Below are positions 41,790 through 50,922 of a stretch of 64,000 bases of DNA, one piece after another. Below the pieces are notes generated by a model that was not told the DNA's origin, ran no database searches, and was given only the letters and a program-made list of their open reading frames with translations. Each line of letters starts with the position of its first letter. Position 1 is the stretch's first letter. The stretch comes from Bacteroidales bacterium. GTDB lineage: Bacteria; Bacteroidota; Bacteroidia; Bacteroidales; VadinHA17. The translations under genes were made by a program, and so were the position numbers. The stretch is taken from positions 2,984 through 66,983 of the forward strand of contig JAVEZX010000001.1 in the NCBI GenBank assembly GCA_034002785.1. The letters are read 5' to 3'.

Positions 41790-42566
41790 TTATCCAGGTG
41801 TTACCTTTTCATGTATAAGATTCAACATCCCGGTCTCTGTATCTATAACCGAGAAGGAAGTTCTTCCGTTGCCTCCCGTCAGAGGGGGAAGCAGAATCAT
41901 TGTCATCTCATGTCCGAGAAAAATCCGGTCGCCGGGAACAGGATGCAGGGCTTTCACAAATGATATAGTACCGTTGTGTGAGAAATATGCAAACGGCTTG
42001 TGTGAATGACCTGACAGTGAGTAAGTGATACCGTGATTGCGCATGAATTTCCACAGCTCTTTTAAGTGGTGCTGACGTTCAACATACCGTGTTGTTGAGC
42101 CTGTAAAATCGGGACAGACATAATGTGACAGGAGAATAGCTGACCCGTTTTCAGATACAATTTCATATTCGGGTATGGATCTGAGATAATCTGTCTCCTC
42201 ATCACCAAGGTCACTGGTGTCTTCCCCTTCAAAGGACCAAACAAGGCCCGCCGAGGTATCCCTTCTTTCTGAGGGGGTCATTTGGAACCAGTTTTCAGGG
42301 TACCTGTATCCGTTTGACCATGAGGGCAGTCTGCCGGCGGCAAAGAGATCATGATTTCCGGCCACCACCCACCGGCAACTTGATTTAATCAGCGATACAC
42401 ATAGTCTGGCGCTTCTCCGGAAGTGGTAATTATAGAACCTGCGGTCATAACCTGCAATGTCACCGAGGCAAGCCAGCTCATCGCAACCATGAGCCTCTGC
42501 CACCCTGAGCACGGCTTCAAGCATTGACACATTCTCATGGATGTCAGTTATTATTCCGATTTTCAT
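41790..42566 (-). CDS. Calcineurin-like metallophosphoesterase
   Basis: Motifs DIH (ITDIHEN), GD (CLGDIAG), GNHD (VAGNHD) and GHSH (LSGHSHKP). I chose the start at ATG 42566 (MKIGIITD). The stop lies 4 bp upstream of the sensor-NTase start. Confidence 0.8.
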   Translation of the reverse strand: MKIGIITDIHENVSMLEAVLRVAEAHGCDELACLGDIAGYDRRFYNYHFRRSARLCVSLIKSSCRWVVAGNHDLFAAGRLPSWSNGYRYPENWFQMTPSERRDTSAGLVWSFEGEDTSDLGDEETDYLRSIPEYEIVSENGSAILLSHYVCPDFTGSTTRYVERQHHLKELWKFMRNHGITYSLSGHSHKPFAYFSHNGTISFVKALHPVPGDRIFLGHEMTMILLPPLTGGNGRTSFSVIDTETGMLNLIHEKVTPG

Positions 42567-42707
42567 CTCTTCCTGAGGATGAAAGTGCCTCATCAGGCAC
42601 TGTTATCAGTTACCAATTTACGCACATTTGCCGGAATAGTGTACAGCGCAACAGGATCAGGCAATAAAATTGAAAATATCAGTACTATTGTGAAAAGATT
42701 TTTCTTA

Positions 42708-43616
42708 ATGAATCGCGATTACTCAGATTTCTGTGACAGAGGTGCAACCTGGAAGGAAGAATACGTTTCACTTCCCACGGGGGTGGAGCTGCTGTCGGTA
42801 GTTTTCACCCCTCCGGAGCCGGTGGCGGGTCCGGTAATCCTCTTCATACCCGGATTTGTTTCACTGATTGATAACTTCAGGGGGACACTTGTTGAGCTCA
42901 CTCGAACCCATACCGTAATCTATGTTGAAACCCGCGAGAAAAGCACAGCCAGAATTAGTCAAGATCACCGGTTTTCTGTAGATGATATTACATCAGATGT
43001 AGTTCATTTTGCGGAGCTCCGGATTCCTGAAGGACTACACTTTGTCATGGCAGGCTGGTCCCTTGGAGCCACTGCCATTGCAGAGGCCTTCCCTCGTCTT
43101 GTGCGCAAGCCCGGGGCGGTGCTCCTGATTGAGCCCAACAGTTCGTTCCCCTTCAATAATCTGGCACTCTTCTTTGCGAGGCTGGCAAAATTTATATACA
43201 GGCCGGTGGTTCCATTTGTGAAGTGGTATATGAGGACCTTCCTCATCGATATTAAGACCGATGAAGAGATGTATCTCATCAACTGCCGCAATCTTGACAC
43301 AGCCGAGCCGGCCAGGCTGGGAATGGCAGTCAGGGAGCTCAGCCGTTACCGGATGGCCGGTAGTCTTGAACAGATATCCGTACCTGCGCTTGTGGTCGTT
43401 ACCTCAAAGGACCGGTTCCACAGTCACGGTGAGGGTACAGAGATAGCTGCCCGGATACCGGGCGCACAATGCCTTGATATGGAGGACAATAAAAGAACAC
43501 ACAGCGCTGAAATGGGCCGTGTGATCAGTGATTTTATTTCTTCTCAGGCAGGAAAACAAGCTCCATCAGGTCAGCCTTATCAAGAAATTTCTTTGTCATC
43601 TTCTTTACTTTCTTGA
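42708..43616 (+). CDS. Alpha/beta-fold hydrolase
   Basis: Nucleophile elbow GWSLGA, oxyanion region ILFIPGF, and a late His (KRTHSAEM). I chose the start at ATG 42708 (MNRDYSDF). The 3' end overlaps the convergent M16 peptidase gene by 83 bp. Confidence 0.65.
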   Translation: MNRDYSDFCDRGATWKEEYVSLPTGVELLSVVFTPPEPVAGPVILFIPGFVSLIDNFRGTLVELTRTHTVIYVETREKSTARISQDHRFSVDDITSDVVHFAELRIPEGLHFVMAGWSLGATAIAEAFPRLVRKPGAVLLIEPNSSFPFNNLALFFARLAKFIYRPVVPFVKWYMRTFLIDIKTDEEMYLINCRNLDTAEPARLGMAVRELSRYRMAGSLEQISVPALVVVTSKDRFHSHGEGTEIAARIPGAQCLDMEDNKRTHSAEMGRVISDFISSQAGKQAPSGQPYQEISLSSSLLS

Positions 43617-46338
43617 CGGTGAACTTGTTAAGTACATCTGCATAGTTTCTGTCATCATTGCTGTCGATCCCTGTGAGGTAGTAGTTGCGGATAGCATTTG
43701 CCCAGTAACTGTTGTGTTCACGTTCCTCCTCACGGGTTTTCATCAGGTTACTTACAGTCTTGTCCAGATCAACCTGCTTCGGGCCGTTGACGGCGATATT
43801 CTCCAGCTCCCTGTAGATGATGGCTTTCAGTTCCTGTGCTCTTGCAGGGTCACACTCGAAAGCAACCATGAGCATTGATTTCTCCTCCGGCCTTTTTTGT
43901 ATTGAAGCATTGACGGAGACACCGTACGTGCCACCCTCTTCCTCGCGAACCTGCTCTGTGTAGACGAGATCAAGGATGCCTTTGAGAATATCCATTCCCA
44001 GGTACTCAACGGGCTTGTATTTGAAGTCGGCCGAGTAGCTCATGACTACTGTTGCCTTTGGAACGGTAAGCGGAATAGCTATCTCTTTTTTGACCGTGCC
44101 CTCAGGCTGATCCATTCCCAGGTTCCTGTAGGTTTCGGTGAGATATTTCGAGGGGAGTGATCCGATATAGAGGGATGCCATCTCGCGGGCCACTGCTTCA
44201 TCGATATTGCCTGTTATGAAGAAGGTGAATGACGAAGCATCATCAAATGCAGTCTGATAGATGTAGTTGATGTCATCGTATTTCAGGAGCTTCATTGATT
44301 CAGGAGTCAGGAGGAACGTTCTCGGGTGATATCCTGACATGTTCATCTGGAGGCTGTCAGACATAATTTTATTCGGGTCTTTCTGCATCATCGTGATTAC
44401 CGCCGTAAATCTTCCGATGATGGCATTGTATGCCTCCCTGTTAAAGTTGGGGCGGGCGAAGCGGAGATACAGCAGTTGCATCATTGTCTCGAAATCCTTA
44501 GGCGTGGAGGATCCAGTTATGGTCTGCACTGTCTCCTGTATGCCCAGTGAGACAGAGGCCTTTTTTCCGGCAAGCATCTTTGTCAGGGCCACGTTGTCAT
44601 ATTCACCTGCTCCGTACATGGATATTACCTGCGGGAAGAGGTTCAGTGCCGGTTCAAGTGAATCCGGGTAAAACGATGAACCGCCGAAGGCGTAAGCGCT
44701 GATACTTACGTTATCCTTTTCATAATCAGCATGTTTAAAGATTACTTTAGCGCCGTTGGCAAGGGTCCACTCGGTGGCTCCAAACTGAGGCAGAGAAACG
44801 GTCTTTATAATCTCAGCTCCCTTCAGCTCCTCTGAAATAAGGTCTGTACCGCCGGTTATATCTTCGTAGGGTTTGATCTCTGCTGAAGCTACCTTCTCCA
44901 ATATTGCCATCGCTTCAGCCTCTGTCATATGCTCCTTGTCAGCCGGTCCCTGGATACTGATAAACCTGTTGTCTTCAGTGGTCAGTTCCCTTAGCCTGGA
45001 GGTTACCTCCTCAGCGGTAATCTTTGGCAGGATTTCCTTATAGTAACCATACTGCACATCCATTGTCGGTATGGGTTCTCCGGTAAGGAAATGGTCCCTT
45101 ATCTGTGCAGCCCAGTCGTCATTGCTGATCTTGTCCTTCTGCTTGTAGAGATTTTCGAAATTTGAGAGCATGCTGGCTTTGGCCCTTTCGAGTTCCCCCT
45201 TTGTGAAGCCGTGACGCCGTGCCCTCTCCAGCTCAGTGACGGCGGCTTCAAATCCTTTCGCCTCCTGACCGTCATTGGTGTACGCAGCCACGTTAAGAGC
45301 GTTGTAGCTTCTTGGCAGGTCAGCAGAGTAGCTGAGTGCCCCGGCGATGAATGGAGGTGTTCCTTTCTGTACTATCTCGCTGAAACGGTTACCCATCATC
45401 GTGTTTATCAGGGATGTGACGAATCCGTCACGTATATAATCCAGGTCCCTGGCCCTCTTATCCGGTTCCTGATCAAGGATCATGAGGCTTACGGTTGTCC
45501 TCGGGGCCTCGGGATCGGTGATGAGGAGATACTTAGTACCCTTCTTTGTTGTGAGGAGGTTCTCCGGTCTTGGTATCGGGTTCTCAATTGCCGGGATGGG
45601 TGAGAATATCTCTCTGATCCTGGCTTCGACCTCATCCACGTTGATGTCGCCCACGACTGCAATAGCCTGCAGGTCAGCGCGGTACCAGTCGTGATAGAAG
45701 GCCCTGAGTGTCTCCGGGTCAAAGTTTTTAATGACTGCGGTGTCACCTATTATATCACGTTTGGCATACATCGAGCCTTCATATACTACGGGCAGCATCT
45801 GTGTCATCATCCTCCACTGGGCGTTTCGCCTGCTGCGCCACTCCTCCAGGATGACGCCTCGCTCCTTGTTTATCTCCTCCTCATCAAGAGTGAGGAAATC
45901 GGACCAGTCGGCCAGGATCATAAGGCAGGTGTCAACAAGGCCAGGCTTGTCAACAGGTACATCGCTCAGGTTATAGACAGTCTCGTCAAAGCTGGTGTAA
46001 GCATTGATGTTACGGCCGAAGGCTACACCGTGGCGTTCAAGGGTATTCAGGATACCCTTCCCGGGGAAGTGTTTTGTGCCGTTGAAAGCCATATGTTCCA
46101 GGAAATGAGCGAGTCCGTTCTGATTATCCTTTTCCAGGATGGCGCCAACGTTCTGTATTATGTAGTAGCTTGCCCTGCCTGCCGGCTCAGTGTTGTGACG
46201 GATGTAATAGGTGAGGCCGTTTTCTAGTTTACCGATCCGGTAATCAGGATCAACAGGAATAGCTTTGTCTGTGTTGCCCTGTGAAGAAGCTGACAAGCAG
46301 ACAGCAGCAAGAATCAGAAAAACTAAAGTCTTTTTCAT
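43534..46338 (-). CDS. M16 (pitrilysin/insulinase) family zinc peptidase, secreted, 934 aa
   Basis: Signal peptide MKKTLVFLILAAVCLSASSQG. Inverted zinc motif HFLEHMAFNGT (HxxEH) with a downstream glutamate in ERGVILEEW. Its size is consistent with a four-domain M16 enzyme. Confidence 0.9.
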   Translation of the reverse strand: MKKTLVFLILAAVCLSASSQGNTDKAIPVDPDYRIGKLENGLTYYIRHNTEPAGRASYYIIQNVGAILEKDNQNGLAHFLEHMAFNGTKHFPGKGILNTLERHGVAFGRNINAYTSFDETVYNLSDVPVDKPGLVDTCLMILADWSDFLTLDEEEINKERGVILEEWRSRRNAQWRMMTQMLPVVYEGSMYAKRDIIGDTAVIKNFDPETLRAFYHDWYRADLQAIAVVGDINVDEVEARIREIFSPIPAIENPIPRPENLLTTKKGTKYLLITDPEAPRTTVSLMILDQEPDKRARDLDYIRDGFVTSLINTMMGNRFSEIVQKGTPPFIAGALSYSADLPRSYNALNVAAYTNDGQEAKGFEAAVTELERARRHGFTKGELERAKASMLSNFENLYKQKDKISNDDWAAQIRDHFLTGEPIPTMDVQYGYYKEILPKITAEEVTSRLRELTTEDNRFISIQGPADKEHMTEAEAMAILEKVASAEIKPYEDITGGTDLISEELKGAEIIKTVSLPQFGATEWTLANGAKVIFKHADYEKDNVSISAYAFGGSSFYPDSLEPALNLFPQVISMYGAGEYDNVALTKMLAGKKASVSLGIQETVQTITGSSTPKDFETMMQLLYLRFARPNFNREAYNAIIGRFTAVITMMQKDPNKIMSDSLQMNMSGYHPRTFLLTPESMKLLKYDDINYIYQTAFDDASSFTFFITGNIDEAVAREMASLYIGSLPSKYLTETYRNLGMDQPEGTVKKEIAIPLTVPKATVVMSYSADFKYKPVEYLGMDILKGILDLVYTEQVREEEGGTYGVSVNASIQKRPEEKSMLMVAFECDPARAQELKAIIYRELENIAVNGPKQVDLDKTVSNLMKTREEEREHNSYWANAIRNYYLTGIDSNDDRNYADVLNKFTVKKVKKMTKKFLDKADLMELVFLPEKK

Positions 46339-46394
46339 GATTTACATTTTATGAGATTGTGAGACATTGAAACACTTATCAATATCAAAATTAG

Positions 46395-46422
46395 AAAAAA
46401 AACCATCACGAGGATGGTTTTT
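46395..46422 (-). terminator. Rho-independent terminator after the deoxynucleoside kinase gene (symmetrical A/T flanks, potentially bidirectional)
   Basis: AACCATC-ACGAG-GATGGTT, flanked by A8 on the plus strand (T8 downstream on the minus strand). Confidence 0.65.
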
Positions 46423-46443
46423 AATCTCTTTTTAAAGGACTGT

Positions 46444-47058
46444 TCAGAAGAGCCCGTGCAGTTCTGCATTGATTCTGTCAATCACCTCGCTCAGGTGCTC
46501 CTTGTTCTCGGGGAAGTCGTAGTAGTCGGCTTCGAGTATCAGCAGCCTGCCCAGTTTGTAGGATTCGATCCAAGCTTCGTAGCGTTCGTTTAGCCTCTTC
46601 AGGTAATCGAGTCTTATGGAGCTTTCATATTCGCGGCCCCGTTTCTGGATCTGGTTGACAAGGGTAGGGACGGAAGCCCTGAGGTAAAGGAGCAGGTCCG
46701 GGGGTTCCACCAGCGAGCTCATCAGTTTGAAGAGGGTGAAGTAGTTTTCGAAGTCACGGGTTGACATCAGCCCCATGGCGTGAAGGTTCGGGGCGAAAAT
46801 ATAGGCGTCTTCGTATATGGTGCGGTCCTGGATGATTGTGTTCTTTGCCTTTTTTATTTCGAGCACCTGGCTGAATCGTGAGTTCAGGAAGTAGATCTGC
46901 AGGTTGAATGACCACCGCTGCATGTCTTCATAGAAGTCATTCAGGTATGGGTTGTCATCAACATCCTCGTAATGAGGCTGCCAGCCGTAGTGTTTTGAGA
47001 GCAGTCCGGCCAGGGTTGTCTTGCCTGACCCGATATTACCTGCAATGGCTATATGCAT
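46444..47058 (-). CDS. Deoxynucleoside kinase
   Basis: P-loop IAGNIGSGKTT, then YEDVDDNPYL, FNLQIYFLNSRF and QDRTIYED, which is the typical dNK/dCK-dGK family pattern. Confidence 0.85.
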   Translation of the reverse strand: MHIAIAGNIGSGKTTLAGLLSKHYGWQPHYEDVDDNPYLNDFYEDMQRWSFNLQIYFLNSRFSQVLEIKKAKNTIIQDRTIYEDAYIFAPNLHAMGLMSTRDFENYFTLFKLMSSLVEPPDLLLYLRASVPTLVNQIQKRGREYESSIRLDYLKRLNERYEAWIESYKLGRLLILEADYYDFPENKEHLSEVIDRINAELHGLF

Positions 47059-47133
47059 AAAAATGACTGTTTGATTACGTGGTTAAATATAGGAAAAAGG
47101 GAAGGAGAAGCGCCTTCTGTTGATAAAAAGATT

Positions 47134-48648
47134 TCACATCCCGGCGGTTTTCAGGATACTCTCAACGAACTCCCTGCTGTTGGAGAGGCGCGGCATCTTG
47201 TTTTGTCCCCCGAGTTTGTCCTTCTCCCTGAACCACCTGTAGAATGTGCCTCCTGGCACCATCCTCAGTACAGGGCGTGCCAGTGTCAGGTTCTTGTATC
47301 TTTTGGCCTCATAGTCGGAGTTCAGTGCTTTCAGGGTGGTATCAAGTATCTCTACGAAATGCTCGGGATCATCGGGAGCTCTTTCAAATTCGATCACCCA
47401 TTCGTGTGCACCGCGGCTATCGTCGCCCATATAGACAGGTCCGGCGGTGTATTCGGTAATATGTGCGTTAGTGCCGTGGCATGCCTTTTCAAGCGCCTTT
47501 TCCGCATTATCAATAATAACTTCTTCGCCGAAAGCGTTGATAAAGAACTTGGTACGACCGGTAATCCTGATCTTGTGCGGGAACAGGCTGGTAAACTCAA
47601 TTGTGTCACCAATCCTGTATCGCCAGAGACCTCCGTCAGTCGAGATCACTACAGCGTAATTGACTCCTTTCTCAACCTCCCCGATTGTCAGGGTACGAGG
47701 GTTATCGGTGTCTGCTTCTTCGGCGCGAATGAATTCATAGTAGACTCCATAGTCGAGCATCAGGAGCATTGAGCTGTCCGTAAGGTCATCCTGGATGGCG
47801 AAGAATCCTTCGGAGGCGTTATAGGTCTCCATGAAGTTCATCTTCGGGTCAGGAAGCAGCTTCCGGTACTGCTCACGGTACGGTGCAAAGCTGACACCGC
47901 CGTGGAAAAACACCTCCAGGTTTGGCCATACCTGGTGAAGGTTCGTTTTGCCGGTGGTTTTAAGTATATGGCGGATCAGGACCAGGTTCCATGACGGTAC
48001 TCCGGAGATGCTGGTGATATTCATCTCGACTGTTTTCTCCGTTATCAGCTTCATCTTTTCCTCGAAGTCCTTAATGAGGGCTATGCGTGCCGGCGGTGTA
48101 CGGATCAGGTCAGCGTAGGCCGGTGCATTTTCAATCAGGATGGCCGAGAGATCACCGTAAAGCGAGTTATTGCTGAAGTTGTTTATCTGGTGGCTGCCCC
48201 CGAGGGTAAGACCCTTGCCTAAAAAAATACGTGTTGCAGGGTTAAGGCTTGTGTAGAGCACGATGCAGTCCCTGGTGCCCCTGTAATGAGTATCTTCGAG
48301 AGAATCGCCGGTGATGGGAATGAACTTGCTCTTTGTGCTTGTTGTGCCTGAAGACTTGGCGAACCACTTCACCTCACCTGGCCAGAGCACGTTTTTCTCT
48401 CCCGCCCTCAGCCGGTCAACGTAAGGAATAAGATCCTCGTAAGTCTGTATCGGGACATTCATGCAGAACTGCTGATGGGTGTCCACCGAAGCATAACCGT
48501 GTGCCCTGCCCCAAAGGGTATCCCTGCTACTGGCAACCAGACGGGTCAGTACCTCCTGCTGGCTCTCAGCCGGATATTTCCTGAAGAGCTCAATCTGCGA
48601 AAGACGTTTGGTGTTGATCCACTTTATAACAGAGGGTATGAAAGGCAT
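47134..48648 (-). CDS. GH3 (auxin-responsive promoter) family acyl-adenylate-forming enzyme homolog
   Basis: FAKSSGTTSTKSKFIP (the GH3 SSGTT nucleotide motif), YASSEGFFA-like NASEGFFAIQ, RYRIGD and GGQNKMPRL. I chose the start at ATG 48648, not the track's TTG 48666. Confidence 0.8.
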   Translation of the reverse strand: MPFIPSVIKWINTKRLSQIELFRKYPAESQQEVLTRLVASSRDTLWGRAHGYASVDTHQQFCMNVPIQTYEDLIPYVDRLRAGEKNVLWPGEVKWFAKSSGTTSTKSKFIPITGDSLEDTHYRGTRDCIVLYTSLNPATRIFLGKGLTLGGSHQINNFSNNSLYGDLSAILIENAPAYADLIRTPPARIALIKDFEEKMKLITEKTVEMNITSISGVPSWNLVLIRHILKTTGKTNLHQVWPNLEVFFHGGVSFAPYREQYRKLLPDPKMNFMETYNASEGFFAIQDDLTDSSMLLMLDYGVYYEFIRAEEADTDNPRTLTIGEVEKGVNYAVVISTDGGLWRYRIGDTIEFTSLFPHKIRITGRTKFFINAFGEEVIIDNAEKALEKACHGTNAHITEYTAGPVYMGDDSRGAHEWVIEFERAPDDPEHFVEILDTTLKALNSDYEAKRYKNLTLARPVLRMVPGGTFYRWFREKDKLGGQNKMPRLSNSREFVESILKTAGM

Positions 48649-48688
48649 CGGTTTTAATTTGTTCAAAGATAGCTAAAGAGTGATTAAT

Positions 48689-49411
48689 TCAGCTAAAAAT
48701 ATCCTTCAGGACCTGCAGGGACCGAATTTCCCTGATGCCGGGAAGGTGGAGGCTGTAGTACTTCAGCAGCCTGGCCAGCAGGTCACTGCGCTCATCCCCG
48801 GAGAGTCTGAGAGATGCAATCTCAACCGCCGGCATCTGAAGAAGCAGATTCAGAGTCCGCGCCCCTGCCGGATCAAGGGAGTCGGGATGAAGCGGCTGCT
48901 GTAGGGTGAACTGTCCGGTCAGCATGTCAAACCAGCAGTTGCTCATGTCAGTATGTGACGGTCCTATACCGGCATAGTCGGTGAATGCCACCAGGAACCA
49001 GAGATGAAAGTTGCTTATGCCTTCATTTATCTCGTCCAGGGTGATTACCGATGACTCGATGAAATCAAACAGAAGCCTGTTGGCATCTTCCTCACGGATG
49101 ACATTATATAGGATCTCGCTGATGAACATCGCCACAGCGGTACGGGTTATGTCACCGTTAATTTTCCGCGGGATAAAGGCAAGGCTCATCTCCTTCAGAT
49201 TGTAGAGTTCCCTGTTTTCGCGGTGATAGAGCTCGAGGTTAAAGATATTCAGAGGCTGGAAATAATTGAATTTCGCGCTGCCGCGCCTTGAGGAGATGCC
49301 CTTCGCCATAACTGAAATGCGCCCGTATTCCTGGGTATAGAACCGGGCAATCAATGAATTGTCCGAATACCGGACGTGATGCAGCAGTATGGCTTTTGTC
49401 CTTATCAGCAT
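48689..49411 (-). CDS. recO: DNA repair protein RecO
   Basis: The N-terminal OB-fold pattern MLIRTKAILLHHVRYSDNSLIARFYTQEYGRISVMAKG is typical of RecO, as is the size. I chose the start at ATG 49411 (the track uses GTG 49426). Confidence 0.8.
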   Translation of the reverse strand: MLIRTKAILLHHVRYSDNSLIARFYTQEYGRISVMAKGISSRRGSAKFNYFQPLNIFNLELYHRENRELYNLKEMSLAFIPRKINGDITRTAVAMFISEILYNVIREEDANRLLFDFIESSVITLDEINEGISNFHLWFLVAFTDYAGIGPSHTDMSNCWFDMLTGQFTLQQPLHPDSLDPAGARTLNLLLQMPAVEIASLRLSGDERSDLLARLLKYYSLHLPGIREIRSLQVLKDIFS

Positions 49412-49513
49412 GGCTGGCCTGATCACATCAAATGTATTAAAGTTTCATCACAGCATACTGAGAACCGGGACTCTGAGTTTATAAGAAAGGATAATAACAG
49501 CAATTCAGCGAAG

Positions 49514-50908
49514 ATGGAATCAGCATCCAGGGATCAGCTTCTCAAGCGAATAGCCAGGCTTGTTCGTCAGAACAAGGAGCTGGAGGAAAAGGTAAAAAAA
49601 CTGGAAAAGGAGAAGGACCGGCTGCTGGAAACAACGGAGAAATACCGGCTTCTTATTGAGAACAATGAACTTAAGGGCGTCAGGGTGGCCGAAGAGGAGA
49701 AGACTCTCAAGTTCAACATGGTTACCGTCTTGTTTGCTGACATCCAGGGCTTTACTAACCTTACGGAAGGTATGGACTCCGGAGCGGTGATGGATGAGCT
49801 GGATGAAATCTTCTTTGAATTTGACAGGATAATCAGCAAATACCATGTTGAAAAGATAAGGACCATTGGTGACACCTATATGTGCGCCGGAGGGATCCCT
49901 TCAAAGAATATCACCAACCCGGTTGAGGTTGTGATGGCGGCAGTTGAGCTGAGACGCTTCCTCCGGGAGTATGAGGCGGCTCGCAGGGGCGAACAGAGGA
50001 TCTGGAACCTTAAGATAGGCATACACACGGGACCGGTCTCTGCTACTATTTCGGGGAAAAGCAAGGTGTCATACGATATCAAGGGACGGGCGGTGAACAC
50101 TGCAAGCCGCATACAGGGTGTCTCAGACAGGGATTCAATCCTGATCTCAGTGATGACATACGAGCTGGTCAAGGAGTTTTTCAACTGCGGCTATTACGGA
50201 AAGCTGCCTGTGAAATATACGGGTAACATCCAGATGTACCAGGTTGAGGGATTGCTGCCGGCGCTCTCCGCTAACGGCACCGGATCAGTACCCAACGATG
50301 CTTTCAGGGTCAAGTTCGGGCTTATCCAGTTCACTGATATCCAGGAGATAATTCTGGATAAGCTCGAAAAGGAACTTCCGGATTACCTCTTCTATCACAA
50401 TGTCAAGCATACTGTTGACGTGGTCACTGAGGTTGAGCTTATCGGCTGGGCCGAAGGGTGCTCCGACGAGGAGATACTGCTGCTGAAGACTGCAGCGTTG
50501 TTCCACGATGCCGGTCATACAATCTCGTATGACGATCATGAATACCAGGGGACACTCCTGGCCCGCAGCATGTTGCCTGCATACGGATACAACAATGAAC
50601 AGATTGAACGCATCTGCGGTATCATCTTGTCAACAAAGCTTCCGCCCCGTCCATCAGATCTGCTCGAGCAGATCATCTGCGATTCTGATCTCGATTATCT
50701 TGGACGCAGTGATTTCATTCCGGTTTCCAACACCCTGTACGAGGAGTTGAAGGCGCAGGATAAGATTACCTGTCTGAACGACTGGAACAAATTACAGGTT
50801 AAGTTTATCTCGGGGCACCAGTATTTCACCGGAACTGCCCGCCATCTGAGGGAGGTTAACAAGAAACTGCAGATCGAAAGGATAAAAAGCCTTATTCCCG
50901 AAAACTGA
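49514..50908 (+). CDS. Coiled-coil + class III adenylate/guanylate cyclase + intact HD phosphohydrolase domain
   Basis: Cyclase motifs VLFADIQGFT, TIGDTYMCAGGIP, YDIKGRAVNTASR. HD domain HNVKHT...AALFHDAGH...CDSDLDYLG, with the HD codons at 50504..50509. I chose the start at ATG 49514 (MESASRDQLL); the longer track ORF overlaps recO. Confidence 0.8.
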   Translation: MESASRDQLLKRIARLVRQNKELEEKVKKLEKEKDRLLETTEKYRLLIENNELKGVRVAEEEKTLKFNMVTVLFADIQGFTNLTEGMDSGAVMDELDEIFFEFDRIISKYHVEKIRTIGDTYMCAGGIPSKNITNPVEVVMAAVELRRFLREYEAARRGEQRIWNLKIGIHTGPVSATISGKSKVSYDIKGRAVNTASRIQGVSDRDSILISVMTYELVKEFFNCGYYGKLPVKYTGNIQMYQVEGLLPALSANGTGSVPNDAFRVKFGLIQFTDIQEIILDKLEKELPDYLFYHNVKHTVDVVTEVELIGWAEGCSDEEILLLKTAALFHDAGHTISYDDHEYQGTLLARSMLPAYGYNNEQIERICGIILSTKLPPRPSDLLEQIICDSDLDYLGRSDFIPVSNTLYEELKAQDKITCLNDWNKLQVKFISGHQYFTGTARHLREVNKKLQIERIKSLIPEN

Positions 50909-50922
50909 GAACCGGTAACTAT

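Noticed and set aside
47053-47772. A 239-aa plus-strand ORF spanning the dNK start region and the 3' part of the GH3-family gene.
   Set aside because: It is antisense to a well-supported GH3-family CDS, has no motifs, and begins inside the dNK gene.
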